The notes under the pieces: model-generated
Database searches by the model: none
What the model was told of the DNA's origin: nothing
Seen by the model: the letters and a program-made list of their open reading frames with translations, nothing else
Position numbers and translations under genes: made by a program
Virus record (IMG/VR): IMGVR_UViG_3300027974_000020
Span: 105,198 to 169,197 of that record
Length of the DNA stretch: 64,000 bases
Source of the DNA: a virus
Reading direction: 5' to 3' (one strand)
In this document: positions 8,844 through 16,664 of the stretch, piece after piece
How the letters are laid out: each line of letters starts with the position of its first letter
How positions within the stretch are numbered: position 1 is the first letter of the stretch

Positions 8844-9362
8844 ATGTCAGATAACAAAAACAAATTCCAGTCAAGGCTGGATGCAATCTCAAAGGTTGCA
8901 ATTGTTTTACATGCCTTTGGCACATGGTATGAACTACAAATTGAATCCAGTGACAAAAATCGGTTGACTGATGGGGCACTGAAGTATACACAGCATGTTA
9001 GCTTGTTCCCAAGCAGCAGAACATTGTATTCTTTTGTTGGTGTTTCAGAAGATGGTGCAATTGTCAATGGTTTCATGCATGATGGAACAAGCAACGACAA
9101 TGGTGGTTATGGCAGTGATTCGTTTGAATTGACGATGAAAGATGGATCACACAAAGTCATAACAGGACCATGGAGCTCAAGACCAGGAGTTCATACTGTT
9201 AACAGCGGTATTCAATACACTGAAGTTAGAGTTGGTTATGGTATGTATGGATTCTCAAGGGAATTCATTGAAGCCATAATTGATCGATTTAACCTCGATG
9301 TAAATCTTGACTCAGTAACTTTGGAAGACAAAGAAATTAATCTGAAAGTAACACCTAAGTAA
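8844..9362 (+). CDS. hypothetical phage protein
   Basis: AAGGAG SD; 172 aa with GYG...GPWSS motifs. Confidence 0.7.
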   Translation: MSDNKNKFQSRLDAISKVAIVLHAFGTWYELQIESSDKNRLTDGALKYTQHVSLFPSSRTLYSFVGVSEDGAIVNGFMHDGTSNDNGGYGSDSFELTMKDGSHKVITGPWSSRPGVHTVNSGIQYTEVRVGYGMYGFSREFIEAIIDRFNLDVNLDSVTLEDKEINLKVTPK

Positions 9363-9400
9363 GTAGCAGCGGTGAGCCTGGAGTTAGGTTTCAGGCTAAG

Positions 9401-9458
9401 GAAATTAGGGTCCTTCGGGGCCCTTTTTTCTTTATGACTAGGAATAAGGTTCCAAGTC
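9401..9458 (+). promoter_or_regulatory. terminator + CTAG element, copy 11
   Basis: GGGTCCTTCGGGGCCC hairpin, T-tract, then GACTAGGAA-TAAGG-TTCCAAGTC. Confidence 0.8.
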
Positions 9459-9459
9459 C

Positions 9460-9513
9460 GTCTGATTGGATCGACGTAAAATGTCCATGACCCCTGGTTA
9501 TTGGTTACCCAGG
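9460..9513 (+). ncRNA. candidate pseudoknot leader RNA, copy D
   Basis: GTC-TGATTGGATC-GAC, GTAAAAT, GTCCA, TGACCC, then a CCTGG/CCAGG hairpin. Confidence 0.6.
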
Positions 9514-9576
9514 ACAACTACGTAACCAGAGAGACACTATCTCTCTATAATAAAAAGTGTAATAAGGAGGAATGTT

Positions 9577-9966
9577 ATCAAAGAGCAAATCAACAAAATC
9601 AACCAGGTCACTGATGGTGACAAGGTCAAGTGCGAGCCGTGCTTTGGCACAGGTAAGTACATGAGCAAAACCGTCATCGATGGAACATGTTTCCGTTGCA
9701 AAGGCACTGGTTCAGAAAAAGCAATGTCAATCAAGCAATACAATTTCATCAAGGAATTGTTCATGGCATTGGTGAAAATGAACATCATTGTGAAAGAGAA
9801 CAATGAATGGCATGAAATGGTTAACACCATGAACCAACACAAGGATGGAATTACATTGCGGTCATCCAAGTGGGCATCAGACAAGATTGAGGAATACAAG
9901 GCTCGCAAGAACCGTGTCCTCAAACCTAAGAGGCCAGTGTATTCAGTTACCCACTGTGGAATTTGA
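9577..9966 (+). CDS. DnaJ-type CxxCxGxG zinc-finger protein with putative ATC start
   Basis: TAAGGAGG SD, 6 nt, then ATC in frame with ORF 9661. The extension supplies the first CEPCFGTG, which pairs with CFRCKGTG. Confidence 0.7.
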   Translation: MKEQINKINQVTDGDKVKCEPCFGTGKYMSKTVIDGTCFRCKGTGSEKAMSIKQYNFIKELFMALVKMNIIVKENNEWHEMVNTMNQHKDGITLRSSKWASDKIEEYKARKNRVLKPKRPVYSVTHCGI

Positions 9967-10070
9967 GCAGTGGGATGAACCACAGTGGGTAACTGAAGAA
10001 TGGAAAGCTGGAGAAGATGCAGAGGCTGACATATACTAGCACCGCCAGGTGTATAGGTAGTCATCAAGTC

Positions 10071-10131
10071 AAAGAAGAGGGGGTCCTTCGGGGCCCTCTT
10101 TTCTTTTATGCCTAGGACACAGGTCTCAGGC
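10071..10131 (+). promoter_or_regulatory. terminator + CTAG element, copy 12
   Basis: GGGTCCTTCGGGGCCC hairpin, T-tract, then GCCTAGGAC-ACAG-GTCTCAGGC. Confidence 0.8.
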
Positions 10132-10157
10132 TAACACTCTCTAGGAGGGGAGTAATC

Positions 10158-11609
10158 ATGAAGAATAAACCAACAACAAACAAGGAGGAAACGGTGTATA
10201 AAGACACTGTCTACGCAAAACTGAGAAGGGCACTTTACAATGTCATTCTCGAAGGTAAATTCATGCAAGAAACTCAATGGGACGAGAATGGACGATGCCA
10301 CATGGTTCAGACATTTGGTGACCGTGGAATTATTGCAACAATGCAACGAAAAGCAAATAACAAAGGATGGGTTGTATTCTTTACTTTGTGCATGTACAAG
10401 CACGAGCAAAATCACATTCCATTCATGCGTGATTTGAAAGTTAGATTGACTATCAATGAAACTCCATCTGGAGTAAGATTATTGTGGTTTGTTAATGGTA
10501 AGCCACAATGGATGGTAGAAAGTAGTCAAATGGCTTTCTCAAATAAATTCCATCATACTGGACATATAGTTCAAGAAGTTATTAATCAGATCAAGAGTAT
10601 ATATTCTCCTGAAGATTTTATACCGATCTTGAAGTACATGCAAAATCCAACATGCAAAGAGTATACTTTGTATGGCCTTAACCAAAGGTGGATGAAAAAG
10701 TTATCAGGTGGAACAAACCCTAGGCAAATCTTGAATAAAATCTATGGCAAAGATGGGCAGGATGGGTTGAGCAGAAATGCTTTTGGTTCAAATATTGGCA
10801 AAAAGAGTTTTGCTACATTTGCTATAGCAGCTGAGCTAGTGCGATATTTGAAATCATTTCCTACATCATTCTTTGATAAAATCATTCTTGATGACTTTGC
10901 AGTACAAGATATTGCATACTTGGGGATGATGTATCAAGATGTAACTTACATCCAATATTTCATTAAGTACTTTAATCACAGTAAAATCCAACAAGATTTT
11001 ATTAATGCGATTAATAACTTTGAAATGTATCCACATTCTGATTATGACATTTCAGATGCTACAGAACGTTTCTTTAGGATGAGCATTTGGCAGGAAGCAC
11101 GTGATACCGGCAGGATGTTCAAGGAAATAAAGAACAGAGCTGTTCGGAGAAACATCATTGCACTTAAAGGCACGGTTCAAGAAACCCATGACCTTGTCAC
11201 TATCGAGAATGCAAAGCTAGCTCGAGAAGATAAGCAAATCAAATACAGTGATAAGAGCCTTATCCTGGATGGTCAACAGATAACAGATAATATTATTTCT
11301 GTTCTTCCGAAGACAACGTTTGATTTAATATTATGGGGTTCACAACAGCACAACTGCATAGGTAGCTATGGAGATCGTGTTGCTCGTGGCACAGGTGCGA
11401 TTGTTGTTGGATTCAAAGATGTGACAACAGATACTTGGGTCGGCCATGCTGAACTCAATAACTATTTCAACAGCTTTGGAAGTTCTTGGACAATCATGCA
11501 GTTGAGGGGCAAATATAACTCAAACCTTGATGAGTCAGATGAAACTACTATTCGTTTGTTTCTGGACAACATACTCAATGCTTGGAATGAAGAGTTAGTA
11601 TTGCCATAA
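10158..11609 (+). CDS. PcfJ-domain protein
   Basis: C-terminal HD...LPKT..DL..WG..QHNCIGSY...QLRGKYN pattern typical of PcfJ-like domains. Confidence 0.75.
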   Translation: MKNKPTTNKEETVYKDTVYAKLRRALYNVILEGKFMQETQWDENGRCHMVQTFGDRGIIATMQRKANNKGWVVFFTLCMYKHEQNHIPFMRDLKVRLTINETPSGVRLLWFVNGKPQWMVESSQMAFSNKFHHTGHIVQEVINQIKSIYSPEDFIPILKYMQNPTCKEYTLYGLNQRWMKKLSGGTNPRQILNKIYGKDGQDGLSRNAFGSNIGKKSFATFAIAAELVRYLKSFPTSFFDKIILDDFAVQDIAYLGMMYQDVTYIQYFIKYFNHSKIQQDFINAINNFEMYPHSDYDISDATERFFRMSIWQEARDTGRMFKEIKNRAVRRNIIALKGTVQETHDLVTIENAKLAREDKQIKYSDKSLILDGQQITDNIISVLPKTTFDLILWGSQQHNCIGSYGDRVARGTGAIVVGFKDVTTDTWVGHAELNNYFNSFGSSWTIMQLRGKYNSNLDESDETTIRLFLDNILNAWNEELVLP

Positions 11610-11628
11610 AGTTTTACCTCAGGTAAAT

Positions 11629-11703
11629 AAGAGAGAAGGGTCCTTCGGGACTCTTTTCTTTTATGCCTAGTTCACAGGTCTCAGATCACTGAGGTCGCTA
11701 GGC
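11629..11703 (+). promoter_or_regulatory. terminator + CTAG element, copy 13 (upstream of RNA polymerase gene)
   Basis: cTTCGg hairpin, T-tract, then GCCTAG-TTCACA-GG. The partner CTAGGC is at 11698-11703, beyond an inserted hairpin. Confidence 0.8.
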
Positions 11704-11739
11704 AAGTAATACAAACCAATAAACCCTTAAGGAGGGAAT

Positions 11740-14331
11740 ATGGAAGACCAACCGGTCAAACCGCCCGATGCAGCGGCCAATGCATCAACAAAGGAGAAGA
11801 AGATGCCAAAAGGTATCATCACTTTCCTGAAGGGGCGCTTTCGCGTTCTGACAAATAATCCAACTCCGAAAGAGGAGCAGGCATACAATTTGTCTCAGGA
11901 AACCAATAAGCCAGTCCCGTTTGGACGGATCAAGACTGTTACTGGATACAATTATGTCCAGGACGTCTACGCTGTTCAGACTGGTGACTTCACCTACTCC
12001 TTGTTGGAGAACAAACTTACTAAGCGGGGAATTAAGTTCCGTTTAGGAGTCGTCTCTAACAAGGATCTATCAGAGCTCGTAATCAAACACGAACTGTTCA
12101 GTCTTAATGACATGATCAGTAAGTGCAGGTTCGCATGGGCTAACGCATCATACACCTTCTTCCTGGAGGTTCAAGACAGTAAAGAAGCATCAAGCTTTGA
12201 TCTGTCTGATCTTGGGTTGGAGGTCTATGACTTCAAGAAGACCAGCAAACGTTTGCAGGAAGTGACTCGTATCACTCAAATGCATTCGTCTGGTCCGATT
12301 GGCAAACTTGATTATCGCATGTTGGAAGATCTTCCTGGTGAAGAACTTGCATATGATGGTCCAGTATTTGTCAGCGACTCATTTGCAGTGCGTTCTTGCT
12401 TTAGTATGACTGATGGTCCTGCTAAGAACAAGCACATTGCAATGATCAATCGCGGTAAGATCGGTCCAATGATTGGTCGTATTCTGATGGATCAAGGTGA
12501 AGTTAAGGGCCTTGTCCACGTTGTTCCACGACAACAGCTAGGTGCGGATGTGGTTTTCCACAAATCTGCTCTGAAGCGAGAGTTAAAGACTGACGATGGA
12601 CGTTGGCACTATACTGCCTTCAAACACAAGAACCTCCACACTGCTATGTGGGATATGCAAACTATGTTCAATAACCATACCTGGTTAATGACCAAAGAGC
12701 AATTCACACTGGACATGGAGTCTGTTATCACTGACTTTAACAAGTCTGTTGAGAATGGACAGCTTCCTGACTGGATTATCCACCAGGAAACTGACGGGCA
12801 CAAGGATGACTCAGCTCCACAAGTAGAGCATGTGACATCTGGCTGGAAGAAGAGTTACATCCGCTGGCAACAAGCTGGTTTGGATGTAACTGCATCTAGC
12901 AACCTCGTCTACATGGCTTTCGGATCATTGCTGAACCAAATGCGTTCTGCTTTGAAACGAAACACGTGGTGGGTTCCCATCTCTAATGCCTTTACGGCGA
13001 CAGTAACCACCTTCGATGCTTTGGAGGTCATGGGTAACTTTGAGCTGCCTCAGCACAAACGAGACATGGTGTTCTTTGATGAACGCTTTGGCTGTATTGT
13101 GCCGACTAAGCGGTTCATTGAGACTGCTGACCTTCATGACACGTGGGATCAGGACGGTGACCAAGCTAAGTTCATCCGCATTAAACTGTGGAGTTCTTCG
13201 CTTGTTATGAGCCTTGATGGATACAACCATCCGGAACTCAGGGAAACATATGTCATTCCTGCTGATTTGGTAGTGCCAAGCACTCCTGAAGAGGCAATTG
13301 ATATGTGTGTCGTTATCCGTTCACCAAACGGTCCTGGCGGTTACTCTATCGAACGGTTTGATGCTGAAACGATGCCATGGCTTCGTGTAGCGGAAGATCG
13401 TGTACAGGTAATTGATCTGGCCAAAGCACCAGCTGCAATGAGCACTTTGCTCGTTACAACTGAATGCGGTCAGATTAATAGCTCCACTACCTACAGCAAG
13501 GAATTGTTCAACCGGGATCATGCTCTTAATATGATCTTGGCACAGATGAATAACCCTGGTGTTGGTAGGTACGCTAATCTCATTATGGTTTGGGCTGCAA
13601 CATTTGGTCCAAGCTATCCTGATAAGTTGCCTGCAATTGGTAACGATGTCATTGACTGTGTTCAACAGACCGCAGACCTTGGTTCATTTGTTCAATTGCA
13701 AAGTGACTACTCAGAAATGGCTGAAAGCATTGCTCAGGCGATCATTGACAGCGGTTGTGGTATTGACCGTTATGTTCTTGAGACCCGGTTCCCTGCACTC
13801 AGCGATGAGACACGCCAAATGCTGGTAGATATTGCAGTAGACGGTCAGTTTACTGAGATGTACAACGCATACAATCAAACTATTACAAAGGTGCAAAATA
13901 TCGCATCCAAGGGTAGCTTTGATCTGCGTTTGACATCTGACACTCGTAACAAAGTGTACAATGCAATTCCAGCTATGAGGGAGTCAACCTCTGTTTGGTG
14001 CCGTGGCATCTGGTCAAAGTATGAACGTGAACTCTCAAGGGTTGACGGTAAGTACTCTGAACTGTCCAAGAATACCAATCGCTTTGTAAAGATGTCTGCT
14101 GTTGCACAACGCACAGAAGAAATCTCTACCATCATTGGTGCACTGTTGGATGAAGTCAAGGCAACATCACATCCTGAGCTCTATGCTCTTGCTATCTACC
14201 GTTGGATCATTGATCCGGAACTGACTCGCAGTAAGTATGGCGTGTCTGACCGTATCATCTTCCAGAACGGAATAGACGGACAAGAGACCATCATGGATCT
14301 CATTATCACAGCAATCAAGGACCTGAAGTAA
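11740..14331 (+). CDS. single-subunit two-barrel RNA polymerase (YonO / RNAi-RdRP-like), paralog 1
   Basis: DGPVFVS, GRILMDQGEVKGLV..SALK (DPBB-A lysines), DQDGD (13147-13161), IRSP, GVGRYAN and IDC motifs. Confidence 0.8.
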   Translation: MEDQPVKPPDAAANASTKEKKMPKGIITFLKGRFRVLTNNPTPKEEQAYNLSQETNKPVPFGRIKTVTGYNYVQDVYAVQTGDFTYSLLENKLTKRGIKFRLGVVSNKDLSELVIKHELFSLNDMISKCRFAWANASYTFFLEVQDSKEASSFDLSDLGLEVYDFKKTSKRLQEVTRITQMHSSGPIGKLDYRMLEDLPGEELAYDGPVFVSDSFAVRSCFSMTDGPAKNKHIAMINRGKIGPMIGRILMDQGEVKGLVHVVPRQQLGADVVFHKSALKRELKTDDGRWHYTAFKHKNLHTAMWDMQTMFNNHTWLMTKEQFTLDMESVITDFNKSVENGQLPDWIIHQETDGHKDDSAPQVEHVTSGWKKSYIRWQQAGLDVTASSNLVYMAFGSLLNQMRSALKRNTWWVPISNAFTATVTTFDALEVMGNFELPQHKRDMVFFDERFGCIVPTKRFIETADLHDTWDQDGDQAKFIRIKLWSSSLVMSLDGYNHPELRETYVIPADLVVPSTPEEAIDMCVVIRSPNGPGGYSIERFDAETMPWLRVAEDRVQVIDLAKAPAAMSTLLVTTECGQINSSTTYSKELFNRDHALNMILAQMNNPGVGRYANLIMVWAATFGPSYPDKLPAIGNDVIDCVQQTADLGSFVQLQSDYSEMAESIAQAIIDSGCGIDRYVLETRFPALSDETRQMLVDIAVDGQFTEMYNAYNQTITKVQNIASKGSFDLRLTSDTRNKVYNAIPAMRESTSVWCRGIWSKYERELSRVDGKYSELSKNTNRFVKMSAVAQRTEEISTIIGALLDEVKATSHPELYALAIYRWIIDPELTRSKYGVSDRIIFQNGIDGQETIMDLIITAIKDLK

Positions 14332-14349
14332 TAGGTTCTTCCGAGTAAA

Positions 14350-14452
14350 GAGAGAGAGCCCCTGGGGAAACCTAGGGGTTCTTTCTTTATTCCTAGATCC
14401 TAGGTCTTTAGTTATTATATTAATATTTTTTTTTCCTAGATCTTAGGACCCT
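14350..14452 (+). promoter_or_regulatory. terminator followed by two variant CTAG-N6-GG elements (copies 14 and 15)
   Basis: GCCCCTGGG-GAAA-CCTAGGGGTT hairpin, then TTCCTAG-ATCCTA-GG and TTCCTAG-ATCTTA-GG. Confidence 0.65.
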
Positions 14453-14675
14453 ATTCTAAAGTCACTCGGCGATTGCTTAGCCCTCAGACTCAAAATAGGC
14501 TGAGATTCTAAATCCTCTTTGGCTCATTTCCCTTGACGGGCTTGGGCTAAAAGGGGGGATTTTCTCTCTTCTTTGCTCAATGTCCCTAACGGGTCTGGGC
14601 CAAAAGGGGGGGATTATTCCCTATTATAAAGGCATTCTTGGGAGCCTACAATTCCAAGAGAACAAGGAGACGATT

Positions 14676-15188
14676 GTGACACTCACAGTCTACATTAATA
14701 CCCCTCCTGCTGTTCGGGAGAACAAGACCACAGGTGAGACTTTCTTCTCATCTTTGGTTGGCGTTTCTGCCGAACTCAGGGCAACACTTCCACAGGTGGA
14801 CGTTCTCAACTGGAACATCCAAAAGTGGGAAAACCTCACGCTTGACGCTGAAGTTGCTGCACTCATTGGCTACACCGCTGATGAGCCAGTTGACGAAGTG
14901 GTCATTCCAAAGCACGAAGCCATTGACGCCTTCTTCCAATCTGCTGTTGCAGGTGGACTGAAGTTGGCAATCGTTTGTGACTCCGTCCAGCACGGGAAAG
15001 TCACTGAAGGTGTTAACCCTAACACTAACAAGAACGAGCGCCGTATGGCTATCTGGCCTGAAGGTGAGTTCAGCATTGAACTGTTCAAGCCGACTGCAAA
15101 GGCTAAAGTCAGTGCTGCTACGGCAGACCGCTTGCGTAACAACAAGCAAGAAACAGCAGTAACTTCGGACGGAGATGCACCGTTCTGA
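14676..15188 (+). CDS. hypothetical protein with SSB-like acidic C-terminal tail
   Basis: AAGGAG SD before GTG 14676; ends in SDGDAPF. Confidence 0.7.
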   Translation: MTLTVYINTPPAVRENKTTGETFFSSLVGVSAELRATLPQVDVLNWNIQKWENLTLDAEVAALIGYTADEPVDEVVIPKHEAIDAFFQSAVAGGLKLAIVCDSVQHGKVTEGVNPNTNKNERRMAIWPEGEFSIELFKPTAKAKVSAATADRLRNNKQETAVTSDGDAPF

Positions 15189-15213
15189 GTTGACTGCTCA
15201 TTCCCCAAGGTGT

Positions 15214-15263
15214 GGAGTGTGGGACATTTGCTTCGGCGAGTGTCCTACACTCCCCCTTTTTTT
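15214..15263 (+). terminator. intrinsic terminator
   Basis: GGAGTGTGGGACA...cTTCGg...TGTCCTACACTCC, followed by a T-run. Confidence 0.75.
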
Positions 15264-15490
15264 ACTTAGTTCCTCGGCTACTCCTACGGAGTAGGCCTCA
15301 GAACTAATTCGCTGGCTGACGCCAGCTCAGACTCTTGCTATCCCCTCCTTGGATGTGCTAGCTCAGTAGTATAATAATATTGTATTACTGGGCTAGACAT
15401 TCTAAAAAAAAATTCAACTAGTACAATAGTCACCAAAACTCAACTACAAAAGGGGGGTTTTCTAAATATTCCTATCTTGAAAGGATTGTT

Positions 15491-15709
15491 ATGACATCAG
15501 AAGATACCGTATGGCACATCTCAAGTGCAATCATTGCTGCAATGTTTCCACCTAAATCATGGTGTGAAGAAGCAACCAACGATGAACTTGACAAAGCATT
15601 GTTCAGGGTCCTCAACAGTGAAGGGGAATCAAAAATCTCTCACATCAAAGGACTGAACAAGTTGGATGAAGTCCTTGCTACTCTTGCTAAAGAAGCAGGA
15701 ATAAAATAA
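15491..15709 (+). CDS. hypothetical protein
   Basis: AAGGA SD; stop overlaps the next start. Confidence 0.6.
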   Translation: MTSEDTVWHISSAIIAAMFPPKSWCEEATNDELDKALFRVLNSEGESKISHIKGLNKLDEVLATLAKEAGIK

Positions 15710-15930
15710 TGTCAACAATAAGAATTAACACAAACACGTGTTTGCATTGCAAGCAAGAAGGTTTCATCGAAATGTCAGAAGATGAATACAATCGAGGCAT
15801 CAATGCATTCAACGAAGGAGAATTAATTCAATGTGCATTCCCAGGTCTATCTGTAGATCAAAGGGAACAAGTCATTTCTGGAACTCATCCAGAGTGTTGG
15901 AATGAACTGTTCGCAGAAAAAGAACATTAG
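15709..15930 (+). CDS. small zinc-binding phage protein
   Basis: CLHC...IQCAFP...RE..ISGTHPECW. Confidence 0.7.
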   Translation: MSTIRINTNTCLHCKQEGFIEMSEDEYNRGINAFNEGELIQCAFPGLSVDQREQVISGTHPECWNELFAEKEH

Positions 15931-16210
15931 ATCTACGGGCATTTGTTTGTAAAAGCTGACCCTTTTTGGGTTGCGCAGACATTTGCGCCGTATACAGGTA
16001 ATCAACACCTGAAAACCCCTCGGTAGTCCTATCGAGATGAAGTTGATTATGGATAGACGAGCTATAGCGTCTTTAAACATTTAGGATAGCCTAGGCCACT
16101 GGTACAAGGGCGACACAAGAACACTGTCTGGTATATGCAGAAGAAGCGTTGTATCAATATACTTTTAAAAAATAAGACTAGTACCCTACGTAAAAGGGGG
16201 GAAGGGCAAT

Positions 16211-16312
16211 ATGAAAACAATAACATTAATATTAACATCATTCATCGCCGGCGGACTTACCATGATCGTATGGGTTCGCAGGATGTTCAAAACAATGGAA
16301 GGACAATTATGA
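16211..16312 (+). CDS. 33-aa hydrophobic peptide
   Basis: MKTITLILTSFIAGGLTMIVW...; ATGA overlap with the next gene. Confidence 0.5.
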   Translation: MKTITLILTSFIAGGLTMIVWVRRMFKTMEGQL

Positions 16313-16494
16313 GTTACAAAAAGTTATTTTGGGGCTATGTAACACTAAACGTTATTTGGGGATTTCTTTATGGAATCTACCTTGGTGGCAAACAAGTCCA
16401 AGCAAGCGACAGGATCAGTGAGTTCAAGTTCAGCGATAAAATGCAAGAAATGGTCAAGTACTACGAAAACAAGAATAAGGAACAAGTAGCATGA
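16309..16494 (+). CDS. small membrane protein
   Basis: GAAGGA SD; one TM; ATGA overlaps on both sides. Confidence 0.6.
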   Translation: MSYKKLFWGYVTLNVIWGFLYGIYLGGKQVQASDRISEFKFSDKMQEMVKYYENKNKEQVA

Positions 16495-16664
16495 TGATCC
16501 AAGTCATAGATGGTGAACTACGTACAGGCGTATGTGCAATATGTCACAAAAGAAAACCAACCATAACTGTATCAATAAACACTAAAGGAAGTCGGATACT
16601 CACCACTGAAGATTGGTGCTTAGAAGACTTTAATAGTCTAAAAGAAAGAATATCACTAAAATGA
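16491..16664 (+). CDS. 57-aa hypothetical protein (CxxC)
   Basis: AAGGA SD; ATGA coupled on both sides. Confidence 0.5.
   Translation: MMIQVIDGELRTGVCAICHKRKPTITVSINTKGSRILTTEDWCLEDFNSLKERISLK

Larger units (their letters stand above)
2782..14452 (+). repeat. dispersed terminator + TTTATG(A/C)CTAG-N6-GG hairpin element, 15 copies
   Basis: CTAG cores at 2830, 3311, 3699, 4235, 4568, 5070, 5435, 6953, 7395, 7931, 9438, 10112, 11667, 14393 and 14436. Each lies at the end of a T-tract, and all but the last directly follow a terminator hairpin. Confidence 0.92.

Noticed and set aside
8746-9513. Pseudoknot motif as a pistol or hammerhead ribozyme, or a SAM-II or fluoride riboswitch
   Set aside because: Only superficial similarity. 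There is no pistol P2 or cleavage junction, no CUGAnGA/GAAA core, and the loops are too short for SAM-II.
9572-9664. ATG at 9572 as the gene start
   Set aside because: It is only 1 nt from the SD and gives a short out-of-frame peptide; the ATC frame completes the zinc finger.
2782-14452. Repeats as a CRISPR array
   Set aside because: Spacing is gene-sized and irregular, the repeats are degenerate, and no cas genes are present.
2782-14452. Repeats as integron attC sites
   Set aside because: No RYYYAAC/GTTRRRY ends and no integrase in the window; the fixed CTAG-N6-GG spacing fits a promoter better. A novel recombination role cannot be fully excluded.
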